A stretch of 64,000 nt of DNA, from positions 114,090 through 178,089 of the forward strand of contig CANMKR010000001.1 in assembly GCA_947498625.1 (NCBI GenBank). The letters are read 5' to 3'. Every line of letters begins with the position of its first letter. Position 1 is the stretch's first letter. Source of the DNA: an uncultured Kangiella sp. GTDB lineage: Bacteria > Pseudomonadota > Gammaproteobacteria > Enterobacterales > Kangiellaceae. Positions 45,327-56,068 of the stretch are shown here, in pieces. The position numbers and the translations under genes are program-made. The notes beneath the pieces are model-generated. The model did not search any database. It saw only the letters and a program-made list of their open reading frames with translations, and was not told the DNA's origin.

Positions 45327-47819
45327 ATGTCATTAGCAGATACTATTAGTCGTTTTACATTATCGCTATTTAAAGCCCCTTTTAATTGGCTAGTAAAAGC
45401 GCATCATGTTCCCACGGATCCAAAACAAGAGTTCTCATTAGATGCTGATGATCATATTGTGTATGTACTTAGGACCAAATCTATCTCTTCAATAAAAATT
45501 CTTAAACAAAAAACTAGAGATTTAAAGATACCTACCGCACATTACAATGATCAACAATCACCCGAATCTGGCGCTTGTTTGTTTATCAATAACCGTCCTA
45601 AATGGTTTAGCTATAAGCGCAAACTTACCGAGCATAAAACTTATATTGCTAATTTGTTAGAACAACAAAAGCAAAACCCGGGTAAAAATTATAAATTAGT
45701 TCCTGTTTCCATTTATTGGGGACGTAACCCTGGTAAAGAAAAGTCTTTCCTCCGCTACTTTATTTCTAATATGGAAGAAACGGGGCGTTTAGGTAAGTTG
45801 CTTATTATTCTCTTTTTAGGACGTCAATGCTTTATTCAATATGGCAAGCCTATCCGTCTAAATTCAAAAGCTGTTAACCTTGCTCAAGATACCGCCAAAA
45901 CTTCACACAAGATTTCTCGCATCCTTCGCGTTTATTTTAATCGTCATTGGGTAGCATCTATGGGACCTCGAAGTGAAAACCGTCGAGGTTTGGTTGCTGG
46001 TATCGTTGCATCGAATGACGTACAGAATGTCATTATTGAAGAAGCATCTCGAACTAATAAAAGCATTGCTAAAGTAAAAACCGATGCCGAAAAATATGTT
46101 AAAGAAATCGCCGCTAGCTATAGTCCGCGAATGATCCGCTTTCTTTCGTCTGCTTTAAGTCGTCTTTGGGACAAGATTTACACTGGCATCGAAGTTAATA
46201 ACATAAAAAATATTCGCGAACTAGCGCAAGAACACGAATTGATCTATGTTCCTTGCCATCGAAGCCATACCGATTACCTTTTGCTTTCGTATCAACTTTA
46301 CCGCGAAGGCTTAGCTCCTCCGCACATTGCCGCTGGCGTTAATTTAAACTTCTGGCCAATTGGATCTATTTTGCGTAAAGGTGGTGCTTTTTTCTTAAGG
46401 CGTTCCTTTAAAGGAAATAAACTTTATTCTACTGTGTTCAATGAATATCTTTACCGTTTACTGAATAAGGGCATACCCGTTGAGTACTTCCAAGAAGGTG
46501 GCCGCAGTCGTACAGGTCGTTTGTTATCACCAAAAACTGGGATGCTTGGAATGACCGTGCAAGGTATGTTGCGAGGCATTCGTAAACCTATTGTTTTCGT
46601 ACCTGTATATATTGGCTATGAAAAAATGTTTGAGGGTAAAAGTTATGTAGGAGAATTGCGCGGCCAAGAAAAGAAACAAGAGTCTTTTGGTCAATTGTTA
46701 GGTGTTCGCAAAGCTTTAAAACGTTTTTACGGTAAGGTTTATTTGAATTTCGGTGAACCACTTAAGTTGAATGATTATTTAGATCAAAACGTTAATGATT
46801 GGCGTGAGTACCTAAATTCTGATAAAAAAGCCGATTGGATTAATTCTCAAATGCTGCATTTAGGCGACGAAATTAATCGTCGAATTAATGCCGCTGTTAG
46901 CGTTAACAGTGTCTGCCTTGTCAGCATGGCTTTATTAGGCACCCCAAGACAGGCAATGGACAAAGCTGAATTAATTGCCCAACTAAATGCCTTATTAGCA
47001 TTACTGACTGCAGCCCCTTATAGCTCCTATACCAACCTAGCCTCTGAAAGCGCTGATGAATTGGTGAATAACGCTATAAAGTTAGGCATGGCCTATGAAA
47101 CAAATGATCCAGCTGGCAATGTGATTTCAATCGAAGGTGATGAGCGCATACTATCGACTTACTATAGCAATAACATTCTGCACCTTTTTGCTATCCCGTC
47201 CTTGATTGCCTCTTTATTCCAGCGTCATAACCATATTTCTAAAGAAAAAATTATTAGCTATGTTGAAGCCTTTTATCCTTTCCTGCAAAAAGAGCTCTAT
47301 ATTCATTGGAATAAAAACGAATTAGCTGAGCGAGTTGAGCTTTTACTAGAAACTATGCTCGATCAAGGCCTATTAAATATGGGTACAAAAAATTATTGCG
47401 TTCCTCATGCTGATACACCGCAATGGACACGCTTAATACTTTTGTCAGAAGCTATTCAGCCAGCACTACAACGTTATGCAATAACTTTAACCATTCTAGA
47501 ATCGTTTGCCGAGAAAACCATCTTACGTCGAGTCCAGCTCGAGCAAGAAAGCCAAAAGCTTGCGCAACGGATTTCTGCGCTTTATGGCATTAATGCTCCA
47601 GAATTTTCTGACAAAAATTTATTTAAAAACCAAGTTAAAGTTTTAAAAGAAGAAGGTTATATTATCCATCAAGAAGGTATGGGTATTAAAGCTACTGATA
47701 AATCTCATCAGCTGCATCAAAAGCTAATGGAAATTTTATCGATTCCTGTTCAACAAGGTCTGCAGCTAGCAGCCAGAAGCTTAAAGCATGCTTCTCCTGA
47801 ACCTGTGTCTGAAGATTAA
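45327..47819 (+). CDS. plsB: Glycerol-3-phosphate 1-O-acyltransferase.
   Basis: The 830 aa product has the HX4D acyltransferase motif CHRSHTDYLLL, plus GGRSRTGRLL. It is convergent with ubiA, as in E. coli. Confidence 0.85.
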   Translation: MSLADTISRFTLSLFKAPFNWLVKAHHVPTDPKQEFSLDADDHIVYVLRTKSISSIKILKQKTRDLKIPTAHYNDQQSPESGACLFINNRPKWFSYKRKLTEHKTYIANLLEQQKQNPGKNYKLVPVSIYWGRNPGKEKSFLRYFISNMEETGRLGKLLIILFLGRQCFIQYGKPIRLNSKAVNLAQDTAKTSHKISRILRVYFNRHWVASMGPRSENRRGLVAGIVASNDVQNVIIEEASRTNKSIAKVKTDAEKYVKEIAASYSPRMIRFLSSALSRLWDKIYTGIEVNNIKNIRELAQEHELIYVPCHRSHTDYLLLSYQLYREGLAPPHIAAGVNLNFWPIGSILRKGGAFFLRRSFKGNKLYSTVFNEYLYRLLNKGIPVEYFQEGGRSRTGRLLSPKTGMLGMTVQGMLRGIRKPIVFVPVYIGYEKMFEGKSYVGELRGQEKKQESFGQLLGVRKALKRFYGKVYLNFGEPLKLNDYLDQNVNDWREYLNSDKKADWINSQMLHLGDEINRRINAAVSVNSVCLVSMALLGTPRQAMDKAELIAQLNALLALLTAAPYSSYTNLASESADELVNNAIKLGMAYETNDPAGNVISIEGDERILSTYYSNNILHLFAIPSLIASLFQRHNHISKEKIISYVEAFYPFLQKELYIHWNKNELAERVELLLETMLDQGLLNMGTKNYCVPHADTPQWTRLILLSEAIQPALQRYAITLTILESFAEKTILRRVQLEQESQKLAQRISALYGINAPEFSDKNLFKNQVKVLKEEGYIIHQEGMGIKATDKSHQLHQKLMEILSIPVQQGLQLAARSLKHASPEPVSED

Positions 47820-47820
47820 A

Positions 47821-48681
47821 TTATTCGAAGTAATAATGGGCTGCTATTCCTAGAAATAATACCAGCCCTACATAGTTATTCTGTAAAAAAGATTTAAAAT
47901 AAACTTCTGTTTTACGCGAGCGGCATTGATACAGTTGCCATACCACTAAAGCTACCGCAAGAACCCAGCCAATATAGTAATAGAGTCCTAACTCTAATTG
48001 TTGTGCCAATAAAAACATGCCAGCAAGAAACAGCCCTTGGATCCAAGTAACAATTGCTAAATCAGCATCACCAAATAAAATGGCCGTTGATTTCAGGCCC
48101 AATTTTAAATCATCATCTCTATCCACCATCCCATAGAGAGTATCGTAAGCCAGCACCCATAACAGCGTCGAAAGATAAATTATCCAGCTTATTAATGGCA
48201 CTTGATTCTGCACTGCGGCAAACGCCATGGGAATTGACCATGCAAAAGCCGCTCCTAATATCATTTGCGGAAAGTAGGTATAGCGTTTCATAAACGGATA
48301 AAAAGAAGCGAGCAATCCCGCAATAAAACTTAATTTAATTGTTAAGTTATTGAGCGTTAAGACTAAAGCAAAAGCGATTCCTATTAATATTAAAAATAAA
48401 AGCAAGGCGCCTTTTGTGCTGATTTTATTTTGTGCTAAAGGACGCTGTTTTGTTCTTGTCACATGTGCATCAAAATCCCTATCCGCATAATCGTTAATAA
48501 TGCACCCAGCTGAACGCATGATCAAAACACCTAAGCAAAAGACTAAAAGCGTCCACGATTCTGGAATTCCTTCTGCCGCAATCCATAAAGCCCATAGAGT
48601 TGGCCAAAGCAATAGGTAAATCCCTATCGGTTTATCCAGGCGCATTAATTGAAAATAGCTATAAAGTTTTGTCTGTTTCAT
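47821..48681 (-). CDS. ubiA: 4-hydroxybenzoate octaprenyltransferase.
   Basis: The N-terminus is MRLDKPIGIYLLLWPTLWAL and the Asp-rich motifs are NDYADRDFD and YDTLYGMVDRDDD. Confidence 0.9.
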   Translation of the reverse strand: MKQTKLYSYFQLMRLDKPIGIYLLLWPTLWALWIAAEGIPESWTLLVFCLGVLIMRSAGCIINDYADRDFDAHVTRTKQRPLAQNKISTKGALLLFLILIGIAFALVLTLNNLTIKLSFIAGLLASFYPFMKRYTYFPQMILGAAFAWSIPMAFAAVQNQVPLISWIIYLSTLLWVLAYDTLYGMVDRDDDLKLGLKSTAILFGDADLAIVTWIQGLFLAGMFLLAQQLELGLYYYIGWVLAVALVVWQLYQCRSRKTEVYFKSFLQNNYVGLVLFLGIAAHYYFE

Positions 48682-48699
48682 TTTGAGTTTTTATTATGT

Positions 48700-49233
48700 T
48701 TAATAGAGAGGCGAGTCTGGCAAGAATACTTCCGAAACTAGCAGCTCTAACTCTTTGTGCTTTGAATTTTGCCATAAAGAGCGTCTTGCCCAAAGTTTTT
48801 GAATTTCAAAATCACAATTATTTTTAGCACACTGAAATAAATGATGTTCATGATCTAACTGTCGCACTCGTAACATTTGTCTTTGCAATTCTTTTTCTGA
48901 AAATAAAATACTGCCTAGCGGCTTATCACCTAACGACTCGATTAAAAAAGCGCTATTCATTGGTACTAGTGTTTTTGCATAAATCCACGGTTTTTCAGGA
49001 CCATAAAGCAACACTTCTCTTATCCAAATTTCGCTACCAATTTCAAGACTTAACAATTCCGCTTCTTTGTTATTAGCTTGCGAAACCGACTCTTGGAGAA
49101 CCTTGATATTAACTTTTTGGCCAATACGACCCTCTAATTTCTCAGTTAAAGAACCATACTCTAATAACCACTCGGCAACTGAGTAGGGCAAGTTTTTGAT
49201 AACTTCGTCAGATGTTTTCTGCCACTTGTTCAC
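48700..49233 (-). CDS. ubiC: Chorismate pyruvate-lyase.
   Basis: The 177 aa product lies immediately upstream of ubiA in the same orientation. The overall pattern is UbiC-like. No strong motif check was possible. Confidence 0.6.
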   Translation of the reverse strand: MNKWQKTSDEVIKNLPYSVAEWLLEYGSLTEKLEGRIGQKVNIKVLQESVSQANNKEAELLSLEIGSEIWIREVLLYGPEKPWIYAKTLVPMNSAFLIESLGDKPLGSILFSEKELQRQMLRVRQLDHEHHLFQCAKNNCDFEIQKLWARRSLWQNSKHKELELLVSEVFLPDSPLY

Positions 49234-49327
49234 AAATAATTACCCTGTATTGTTATTTGTTTGCTTTTATCATTTACTAATGGCTAAACTGCATTAATTA
49301 GCACCAATAAATTCCAAAGGATTTACC

Positions 49328-49555
49328 ATGGGACTTTCAACAGTAGCAACTTTCCCAAATACTATGCTCGCTCATATAGCTAAAGGACTTCTCGAGAACA
49401 ATGGTATTCGTGCCAATGTTATGCACGAGCATTTTCACTCGACCTATTCATTTGCCCTTGGTGAAGTTCCGCTAATGGTTAACGCTGAATTATTAGAGGA
49501 AGCTCAACAAATTCTAAACGAAAATTTCTCTCAAGAAGACTCTTCGACTGATTGA
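49328..49555 (+). CDS. DUF2007-like small protein (putative signal-transducing fold).
   Basis: The 75 aa product has an MLAHIAKGLLENNGI pattern. The assignment is from memory. Confidence 0.4.
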   Translation: MGLSTVATFPNTMLAHIAKGLLENNGIRANVMHEHFHSTYSFALGEVPLMVNAELLEEAQQILNENFSQEDSSTD

Positions 49556-49845
49556 GTTAATTTCCAAACTTCAAAACCGCCATCCATGCTATAAACCTCT
49601 GTAAACCCTTGGCTGGCAAAATATTGCGCTGCTGGTTGGCTGCTGTGGCCATGATAACAAACGACTATTAATGGTTTTGACTTTTCTTGTTGCTCAATAA
49701 ACTCTGCCGCATTTTGATTATTGATATTAAATGACTCAGCGATATGTCCTGCTTTAAACGATTGGGGATCACGAATATCTGCAATCGTAACTGCTTGTTG
49801 TTTTAATTTTTCTGCGGTATCCGCTACTGAAATATGTTTAAACAT
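49531..49845 (-). CDS. glpE: Rhodanese-domain thiosulfate sulfurtransferase GlpE.
   Basis: The active-site loop is CYHGHSS, near-identical to E. coli GlpE (CYHGNSS). The product is about 104 aa. It precedes a rhomboid gene, as in glpEG. Confidence 0.85.
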   Translation of the reverse strand: MFKHISVADTAEKLKQQAVTIADIRDPQSFKAGHIAESFNINNQNAAEFIEQQEKSKPLIVVCYHGHSSQPAAQYFASQGFTEVYSMDGGFEVWKLTQSVEESS

Positions 49846-50447
49846 TAGAACCGCTTTGTCTTTGCTGTAAAATAGCCTAAGCCAGCACCAATAATTAAGC
49901 CGGATAAATGCGCGGCATTAGCGACACTACCCACTAATCCTGTAAATCCAAGCACCAACCAAATCAACATAAAATTCATAATGGCATCGTTTAGGCGCAA
50001 AGGGAAAAAGGGATCAAAACGGCGGCGGACAAAAATAAAACCGAGTAATCCGTAAACAACCCCAGACATACCACCAAAAGGATTAGATTGTTTAGCTATA
50101 TAAACACCACTAAAATATTGGGCTAAATTTGAGCCAACGCCTGTGATTAATACAACCGCCAATAAATAATTAGCGCCTTTGGCTTTTTCTATCGAGCCAC
50201 CCAAGTCCCATAACCACATCATATTAAACAATAGATGAATCGGTAATCCTGCAATTATAAAGTGTAGGAATATTGGCGACACTAGACGCCAGATTTGTCC
50301 TTGGGTAATTAACTGCCAATCGAAATAAACCCAGTAGGTGTTCTGATTCGTTCCCCACCAAGTGAGCAGACTCACAATTACGCTAATAGCCACTAAGGCT
50401 ATGGTGACTTTACCTGCCCTTTTTAAAAAGTGTTGCCAATTAATCAT
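49845..50447 (-). CDS. glpG: Rhomboid-family intramembrane serine protease (GlpG-like, lacking the N-terminal cytoplasmic domain).
   Basis: The catalytic Ser is at GGMSGVVYGL and the His at AHLSGLIIG. There are 6 TM helices. Confidence 0.75.
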   Translation of the reverse strand: MINWQHFLKRAGKVTIALVAISVIVSLLTWWGTNQNTYWVYFDWQLITQGQIWRLVSPIFLHFIIAGLPIHLLFNMMWLWDLGGSIEKAKGANYLLAVVLITGVGSNLAQYFSGVYIAKQSNPFGGMSGVVYGLLGFIFVRRRFDPFFPLRLNDAIMNFMLIWLVLGFTGLVGSVANAAHLSGLIIGAGLGYFTAKTKRF

Positions 50448-50886
50448 GCTGTTTCTCTCGAACCATTTTTATATGCTCTATGCCATCTTCTAAATAGATT
50501 TCTGAGGCCACATCAAAACCAAACTCATGATAAAAATCACGTAAATAAGCCTGTGCAGAAATAGTGATGGTTTTACTAAAATTTTCATCGCAATAAACAA
50601 CTGCGGCTTGCATCAGCTGCTTACCAAAGCCGCTTCCACGCTTACTCTCACAACTACAAACGCGACCTATAGAAGCATTGCCTTGATACTTATCCAACGA
50701 CTCAAAAACTCGCAAATAGCCTACCAACTTATTACCTTCATAAGCCAATAAGTGGTGCGCAACCTGATCTAAATCGTCGCAATCTTGATATGGGCAATCT
50801 TGCTCTACTGAAAAAACGGCTAAACGAAGTTGCAACATGTCGTACAGTTCTTGCTTACTTAAATCTTGCCAACTTCGCCAATACAT
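50440..50886 (-). CDS. GNAT-family N-acetyltransferase.
   Basis: The acetyl-CoA-binding motif is RGSGFGKQLM. The size is 148 aa. Confidence 0.7.
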   Translation of the reverse strand: MYWRSWQDLSKQELYDMLQLRLAVFSVEQDCPYQDCDDLDQVAHHLLAYEGNKLVGYLRVFESLDKYQGNASIGRVCSCESKRGSGFGKQLMQAAVVYCDENFSKTITISAQAYLRDFYHEFGFDVASEIYLEDGIEHIKMVREKQHD

Positions 50887-50933
50887 ATCCCTTGTCTCCT
50901 AATGCTTATCCCAATACAAACGCTGCTGCTTTT

Positions 50934-51959
50934 CTAATCCCAACTTAGCACCACCTTACCCGATTGGCCACTCGCCATGGTTTCAAAGCCTTCTTCAAAC
51001 TCATTCACATTAAAGCGATGAGTAATAATTGGCGAAATGTCCAAACCTGATTGCAACATAGCAATCATCTTATACCAAGTCTCGTACATTTCACGTCCAT
51101 AAATGCCTTTTAAGACTAATCCTTTAAAAATAATTTGATTCCAATCGATCGCCATATCGCTGGAAGGAATTCCTAACATCGCGATTTTGCCACCATGATT
51201 CATGGTTTTTAGCATTGATTGAAAAGCTACTGGTACACCAGACATTTCTAACCCAACGTCAAAACCTTCTGTCATGCCAATTTCAGACATTACGTCTTCG
51301 AGTTTCTCCATGGTGACATTAACTGTTCGCGTAGCACCCATTTGTTTAGCTAAATCTAACCGGTAATCGTTAATATCCGTAATCACCACATGACGTGCGC
51401 CAACGTGTTTTGCAATCGCCGCTGCCATAATACCAATAGGTCCCGCACCGGTAATTAACACATCTTCGCCAACTAAATCGAAGGATAAGGCGGTATGAGC
51501 TGCATTACCAAAAGGATCGAGAATAGACGCTAATTCATCGGAAATATCATCTGGAATTTTATAAGCATTTTCAGCTGGAATAACCAAGTATTCGCCAAAA
51601 GCTCCTGGACGATCAACCCCTACACCGGTGGTATTGCGGCATAAATGACGACGCCCAGCACGGCAGTTTCGACAAAAACCACAAGTGATATGTCCTTCGC
51701 CAGAAACGCGCTCGCCCACTTTAAAACTGGTCACTTCTTGACCCACCGCTTCAATCGTACCCACATACTCATGACCCACAGTCATAGGTACAGGAATTGT
51801 ATTTTGCGCCCACTCATCCCAGTGATAAATGTGCATATCAGTACCACAAATAGCGGTCTTTTTTATTTTGATTAAGACATCATTATGGCCAAGCTCTGGT
51901 CTTGGTTGGTCAACCATCCAGATACCTTTTTCCGCTTTCGCTTTACTTAAGGTTTTCAT
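50934..51959 (-). CDS. tdh: L-threonine 3-dehydrogenase.
   Basis: This is a Zn-dependent MDR. The motifs [16 protein letters not shown] and [12 protein letters not shown] follow the classic Tdh pattern. It is co-linear with kbl. Confidence 0.9.
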   Translation of the reverse strand: MKTLSKAKAEKGIWMVDQPRPELGHNDVLIKIKKTAICGTDMHIYHWDEWAQNTIPVPMTVGHEYVGTIEAVGQEVTSFKVGERVSGEGHITCGFCRNCRAGRRHLCRNTTGVGVDRPGAFGEYLVIPAENAYKIPDDISDELASILDPFGNAAHTALSFDLVGEDVLITGAGPIGIMAAAIAKHVGARHVVITDINDYRLDLAKQMGATRTVNVTMEKLEDVMSEIGMTEGFDVGLEMSGVPVAFQSMLKTMNHGGKIAMLGIPSSDMAIDWNQIIFKGLVLKGIYGREMYETWYKMIAMLQSGLDISPIITHRFNVNEFEEGFETMASGQSGKVVLSWD

Positions 51960-51985
51960 GCTAATTTACCTATGAGTACACTTAT

Positions 51986-53182
51986 TTAAGAAATAACCTT
52001 TAACGCACGGCCAACTTTTTCAAAGGCCGCAATTGCTTTGTCTATATGCTTGATATCATGCGCCGCGGACATTTGCGTGCGAATTCGCGCTTGGCCTTGT
52101 GGTACTACAGGGAAAGAGAAGCCCACCACATATATGCCTTCTTCCAACATCATGTCTGCAAACTTAGATGCTAAGGAAGCATCACCTAGCATCACAGGAA
52201 TAATAGGATGCTCGCCTGGAACTAGCTCAAATCCTAGCGCACTCATTTTACTTCTGAAATATTCACTATTTTCACGCAACTTGATACGTAAATCGTCACT
52301 GGCTTCTAACATGTCCAACACACGCAAACTAGCCGATGCAATTACTGGCGCTAAGGTATTCGAGAATAAATATGGACGCGAACGCTGGCGTAACCACTCC
52401 ACTACTTCTTTACTAGCAGAGGTATAGCCCCCAGAAGCACCGCCTAATGCTTTACCTAAAGTTCCAGTAATAATATCCACGCGTCCCATCACATCACAAA
52501 ATTCGTGTGAGCCTTTACCTTTTTCACCAATAAAACCTACAGCGTGAGAGTCATCTACCATCACTAACGCATTGTATTTATCCGCTAGATCACAAACTGC
52601 TTTTAAATTAGCAATGATCCCATCCATCGAGAAAACGCCATCGGTCACAATTAGTTTATGACGCGCGCCATCCGCTTCTGCCTGTTGTAATTGTTTCTCT
52701 AATTCCGCCATATCATTATTGGCGTAACGATACCGCATGGCTTTACATAAACGCACACCATCAATAATTGAAGCATGATTTAAGGCATCAGAAATAATCG
52801 CATCTTCTTTGCTTAAAAGGGTCTCAAACAAACCCGCATTAGCATCAAAGCAAGAAGAGTATAAGATCGTATCTTCCATCCCTAAAAACTTACTGATACG
52901 ACTTTCTAGTTCTTTATGTACCGTTTGCGTACCGCAAATAAAACGAACCGATGCCATGCCATAGCCAAACTCATCTAAGGCTTTTTGTCCAGCATCAATC
53001 AGTTCAGGCGCGTTAGCTAAGCCTAGGTAATTATTCGCACAGAAATTAAGGACATCTTGGCCACTAGTTACAGAAATGTCAGCCGCTTGCTGAGAATTAA
53101 TAACGCGTTCGGCTTTATACAAACCAGCGGCTTTAACTTCATCAATCTGCTGTTGAATGTGTTTAGAAAATTCAGAGTTCAT
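51986..53182 (-). CDS. kbl: 2-amino-3-ketobutyrate CoA ligase (glycine C-acetyltransferase).
   Basis: It is a PLP aminotransferase class-II protein with the lysine region [11 protein letters not shown]...TLGKALGG. It sits immediately upstream of tdh. Confidence 0.9.
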   Translation of the reverse strand: MNSEFSKHIQQQIDEVKAAGLYKAERVINSQQAADISVTSGQDVLNFCANNYLGLANAPELIDAGQKALDEFGYGMASVRFICGTQTVHKELESRISKFLGMEDTILYSSCFDANAGLFETLLSKEDAIISDALNHASIIDGVRLCKAMRYRYANNDMAELEKQLQQAEADGARHKLIVTDGVFSMDGIIANLKAVCDLADKYNALVMVDDSHAVGFIGEKGKGSHEFCDVMGRVDIITGTLGKALGGASGGYTSASKEVVEWLRQRSRPYLFSNTLAPVIASASLRVLDMLEASDDLRIKLRENSEYFRSKMSALGFELVPGEHPIIPVMLGDASLASKFADMMLEEGIYVVGFSFPVVPQGQARIRTQMSAAHDIKHIDKAIAAFEKVGRALKVIS

Positions 53183-53258
53183 AGTGCAATCTTATTTGCT
53201 GATAAAAATTGCACCTATTCTAGCATTTATTGAGGATTAAGCGGTATGACCTTTAGCC

Positions 53259-53909
53259 TTAAGAAGCGGTTTCTTTCATCAGATATTTGGCCACCAAAAC
53301 TGCCAAAATAGCACCAGCAATGGTCGCTACGATATAGAGCCATAAATGTTCAAGATTGCCAGAGACTACAGCTGGCGCAATAGAGCGCGCTGGATTCATA
53401 GAGGCATTGGTAATTGGTCCAGCGAACATGGCCTCAAGACCTACGGTGGTTCCGATAGCGGCTCCTGCCATAAGGCCTTTTTCTTTTGCTCCGAAAGCCA
53501 CGTGCATAATTACAAACATTAGGATAAAAGTTAGGATTAATTCGACTACTAAAGCTTTTTCAGCAGCAATCGTTGGGATAGTCGCGCCTAAGGTTTGATG
53601 CTCAGGAAATAACCAAGCCAACACTAGCGAAGCGCTAAAGGCCCCAGCTAATTGACTTATAATGTAAGGCGTTACTTCTTTAGTAGGAAAACGTTTTGCA
53701 ACGGCGAAACCAATAGTCACCGCCGGGTTAAGATGGGCCCCAGAAATATCGCCGATGGAATAAATCACTGCAGCAACGATCATGCCCCAAGTTAGGGCAA
53801 CCCCCACATGAGTAATAGCACCACCAGAAACGTCATTGATGATCATGGCGCCAGTACCGGCAAAAATCATCATAAAGGTGCCTAGGTATTCAGCAATATA
53901 GTTGCGCAT
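53259..53909 (-). CDS. aqpZ: MIP-family channel (aquaporin).
   Basis: It has two NPA boxes, NPAVT and NPARS. The size is 216 aa. Confidence 0.85.
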   Translation of the reverse strand: MRNYIAEYLGTFMMIFAGTGAMIINDVSGGAITHVGVALTWGMIVAAVIYSIGDISGAHLNPAVTIGFAVAKRFPTKEVTPYIISQLAGAFSASLVLAWLFPEHQTLGATIPTIAAEKALVVELILTFILMFVIMHVAFGAKEKGLMAGAAIGTTVGLEAMFAGPITNASMNPARSIAPAVVSGNLEHLWLYIVATIAGAILAVLVAKYLMKETAS

Positions 53910-53964
53910 AGTTATGAAGGATTAATCTCTATGGCGCAAGTTTGCCAAAATTTGAGCTAAAGCT

Positions 53965-55488
53965 CTACCATTCAAATTCAATATCTTTAATATTGGCTGT
54001 TACTTGAGCATATAATTTTTCGGCCGTTTCGTAACTAATGTAAGGAATTTCAATATGATGTGCGCCAGGTGTTGCTCCAGCGGTATCTAATTCCAACTTG
54101 GCCATTTTATGGCGTCGATCGAAAAAGCTTTCTTTAATTCGCAGGGTCTGAACTTTTGGAATACGCACATAGGTTTCTTTTCTAAAAACCACACCGCTTT
54201 TAAAAGCGGCCATTCTATCGGTAATAAAATAACCTGTATTTTTGATATAGGCTTTAGCATAGAAAAATGACCAGATAATCATACCTGGGAAAGCTATGGC
54301 GTAAGTCCACAGCGAGTGTACTATCAATGGTAATAGCAGCAGCCCCCAGCTAAATACTGAAGCTTTAAACACTCGCTTCCAAGCTCTGGCTTCTACTGAT
54401 TGCCACTGCTGATTTCTCCATTCTTGATCAGACTGGATTTGCTCTAAAAACTCTAGTCGTTGACCTTTTGGTAATACTGGCGCCACTTGTTTCATAGTCA
54501 CGCCTTGCTGCTCAGTATTAACGCCTCCCGCGGTTTCAACGGTCACTCCGATCCTATCAAAAATTTGGTGCAACCAAGAGTTATGGACTGTAATGGTTTG
54601 GATTCTTTGGGTTGGAATCGTTGCTTGCAACTTGGTCAATAACCCCATACCGGCTGCTAGCTTGTTATTCTTTTTTACAAGATTGAAGTCGTGAAATTTA
54701 AACCAAGCCATACCGATGGATAGTATCCACAATACTGACAAAGCAATCATCAGCATGATAAAGGAAAAGACTATAGTTCCAAGCACGCTAGTTTCAGGAA
54801 CCATGCTTTGCACACCATCGCTAACATAATTCACTCCGGTTTTAATTGCAGACCGAATATTCCTTGGGTTGTCATCACCTATAAACTGACTAATAAAACC
54901 AAAAAATACGGCAACCGCAATTAAGCCTTTATTAGAAATTAATCCATAACGAACTATTTCGCCAAAACTCAATTTTAATATTGAATCTTGTTCTTTTTTT
55001 GTTTCCGCAGGTTCAACTTCGTTCGTCTCATCAATGCCATCTTGCTTTTGCAAGATTTGTTGTAATTCTTTAACGGCATCTAAACTGACCACATTGATAA
55101 TTGCCTCTGGCGCTCCCCCCGAAGCCGATTCTAACTGAACCTTGACCACCCCAAAAATTCGATGTAGTGGTCCTTGAATTAGGTTTAAATTTTGAATTTT
55201 ATTATATTTAACTTGGCGTAAATTTCTAAAAATGATCCCTTCTTTAACTCGAATTTGATCATCTTCCAGCCAATAGCGATAAAACTTAAATTGAATAATC
55301 GAAATCACACTAATAAGCGCGGCGCCACCTAGCGCATAAATCTCCCAAGAGCTGGAGCGAGAGCCAACACCAAATACGGCTATCAAGGCAGGCAGGATTA
55401 ATTTTTTTATATTTTCCCAAAGGATAAATAACGGAGAAATATTATGCAGTTTTCTCTCTAATGCTGAATTATCGATAAGCTCATCCAT
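53965..55488 (-). CDS. YdbT-like membrane protein with bacterial PH (bPH_2) domains.
   Basis: The 507 aa product has alternating TM hairpins and bPH domains. It is paired with an upstream YdbS-like gene. Confidence 0.55.
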   Translation of the reverse strand: MDELIDNSALERKLHNISPLFILWENIKKLILPALIAVFGVGSRSSSWEIYALGGAALISVISIIQFKFYRYWLEDDQIRVKEGIIFRNLRQVKYNKIQNLNLIQGPLHRIFGVVKVQLESASGGAPEAIINVVSLDAVKELQQILQKQDGIDETNEVEPAETKKEQDSILKLSFGEIVRYGLISNKGLIAVAVFFGFISQFIGDDNPRNIRSAIKTGVNYVSDGVQSMVPETSVLGTIVFSFIMLMIALSVLWILSIGMAWFKFHDFNLVKKNNKLAAGMGLLTKLQATIPTQRIQTITVHNSWLHQIFDRIGVTVETAGGVNTEQQGVTMKQVAPVLPKGQRLEFLEQIQSDQEWRNQQWQSVEARAWKRVFKASVFSWGLLLLPLIVHSLWTYAIAFPGMIIWSFFYAKAYIKNTGYFITDRMAAFKSGVVFRKETYVRIPKVQTLRIKESFFDRRHKMAKLELDTAGATPGAHHIEIPYISYETAEKLYAQVTANIKDIEFEW

Positions 55489-55497
55489 GACTAACCT

Positions 55498-55980
55498 CTA
55501 GACCGCATCTGAGTTGGTTTCATCGATAAGTCGATTACGCAATTCATTGGCAACTTCTAATTCTATGCCCGAAAGCTCTACCGACGCATCTTTGGTGCCG
55601 GCGGTATTTACTTTTAATCGGCCTAGTTCAAACTTGCGCTCTAAAGGACCTTGCGAAACGTCGGTGTGCTGGACTCGGTTCTTGGGAACTAAAATTCTTC
55701 TACGCCAAATGACGCCTTTTTGGATATAGAGACCTTCATCTTGATACCACCAACGTGAGTATTGGTAACGTTTTTTGGACCAAATAAACCCTAATAAGAA
55801 AAATCCAATGGCCACGCCCAACAGAATAAATAATGGATACCAATTACCACTAGTTACTCTTGCCACTATTCCTATAATTATTGGAATAACGCTAACAATG
55901 GCAAAGATTATTCTGGTGACGGTAACAGATTTCGGACTTAATTTATTTGCATATTCTGGAGTTTTTTCTAGCAATCCCAT
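55498..55980 (-). CDS. YdbS-like bPH_2 (DUF304) membrane protein.
   Basis: The 160 aa product has 2 TM helices plus a PH-like domain. It forms the YdbS/YdbT pair with the 507 aa gene. Confidence 0.55.
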   Translation of the reverse strand: MGLLEKTPEYANKLSPKSVTVTRIIFAIVSVIPIIIGIVARVTSGNWYPLFILLGVAIGFFLLGFIWSKKRYQYSRWWYQDEGLYIQKGVIWRRRILVPKNRVQHTDVSQGPLERKFELGRLKVNTAGTKDASVELSGIELEVANELRNRLIDETNSDAV

Positions 55981-56068
55981 AGATTTATAATGAGTTATTA
56001 TTTATCTATCCACTATACAAAAGATGTTAAGAAAGCTCCAATTTGATTTGTTACAAATTGTAGTGGTA

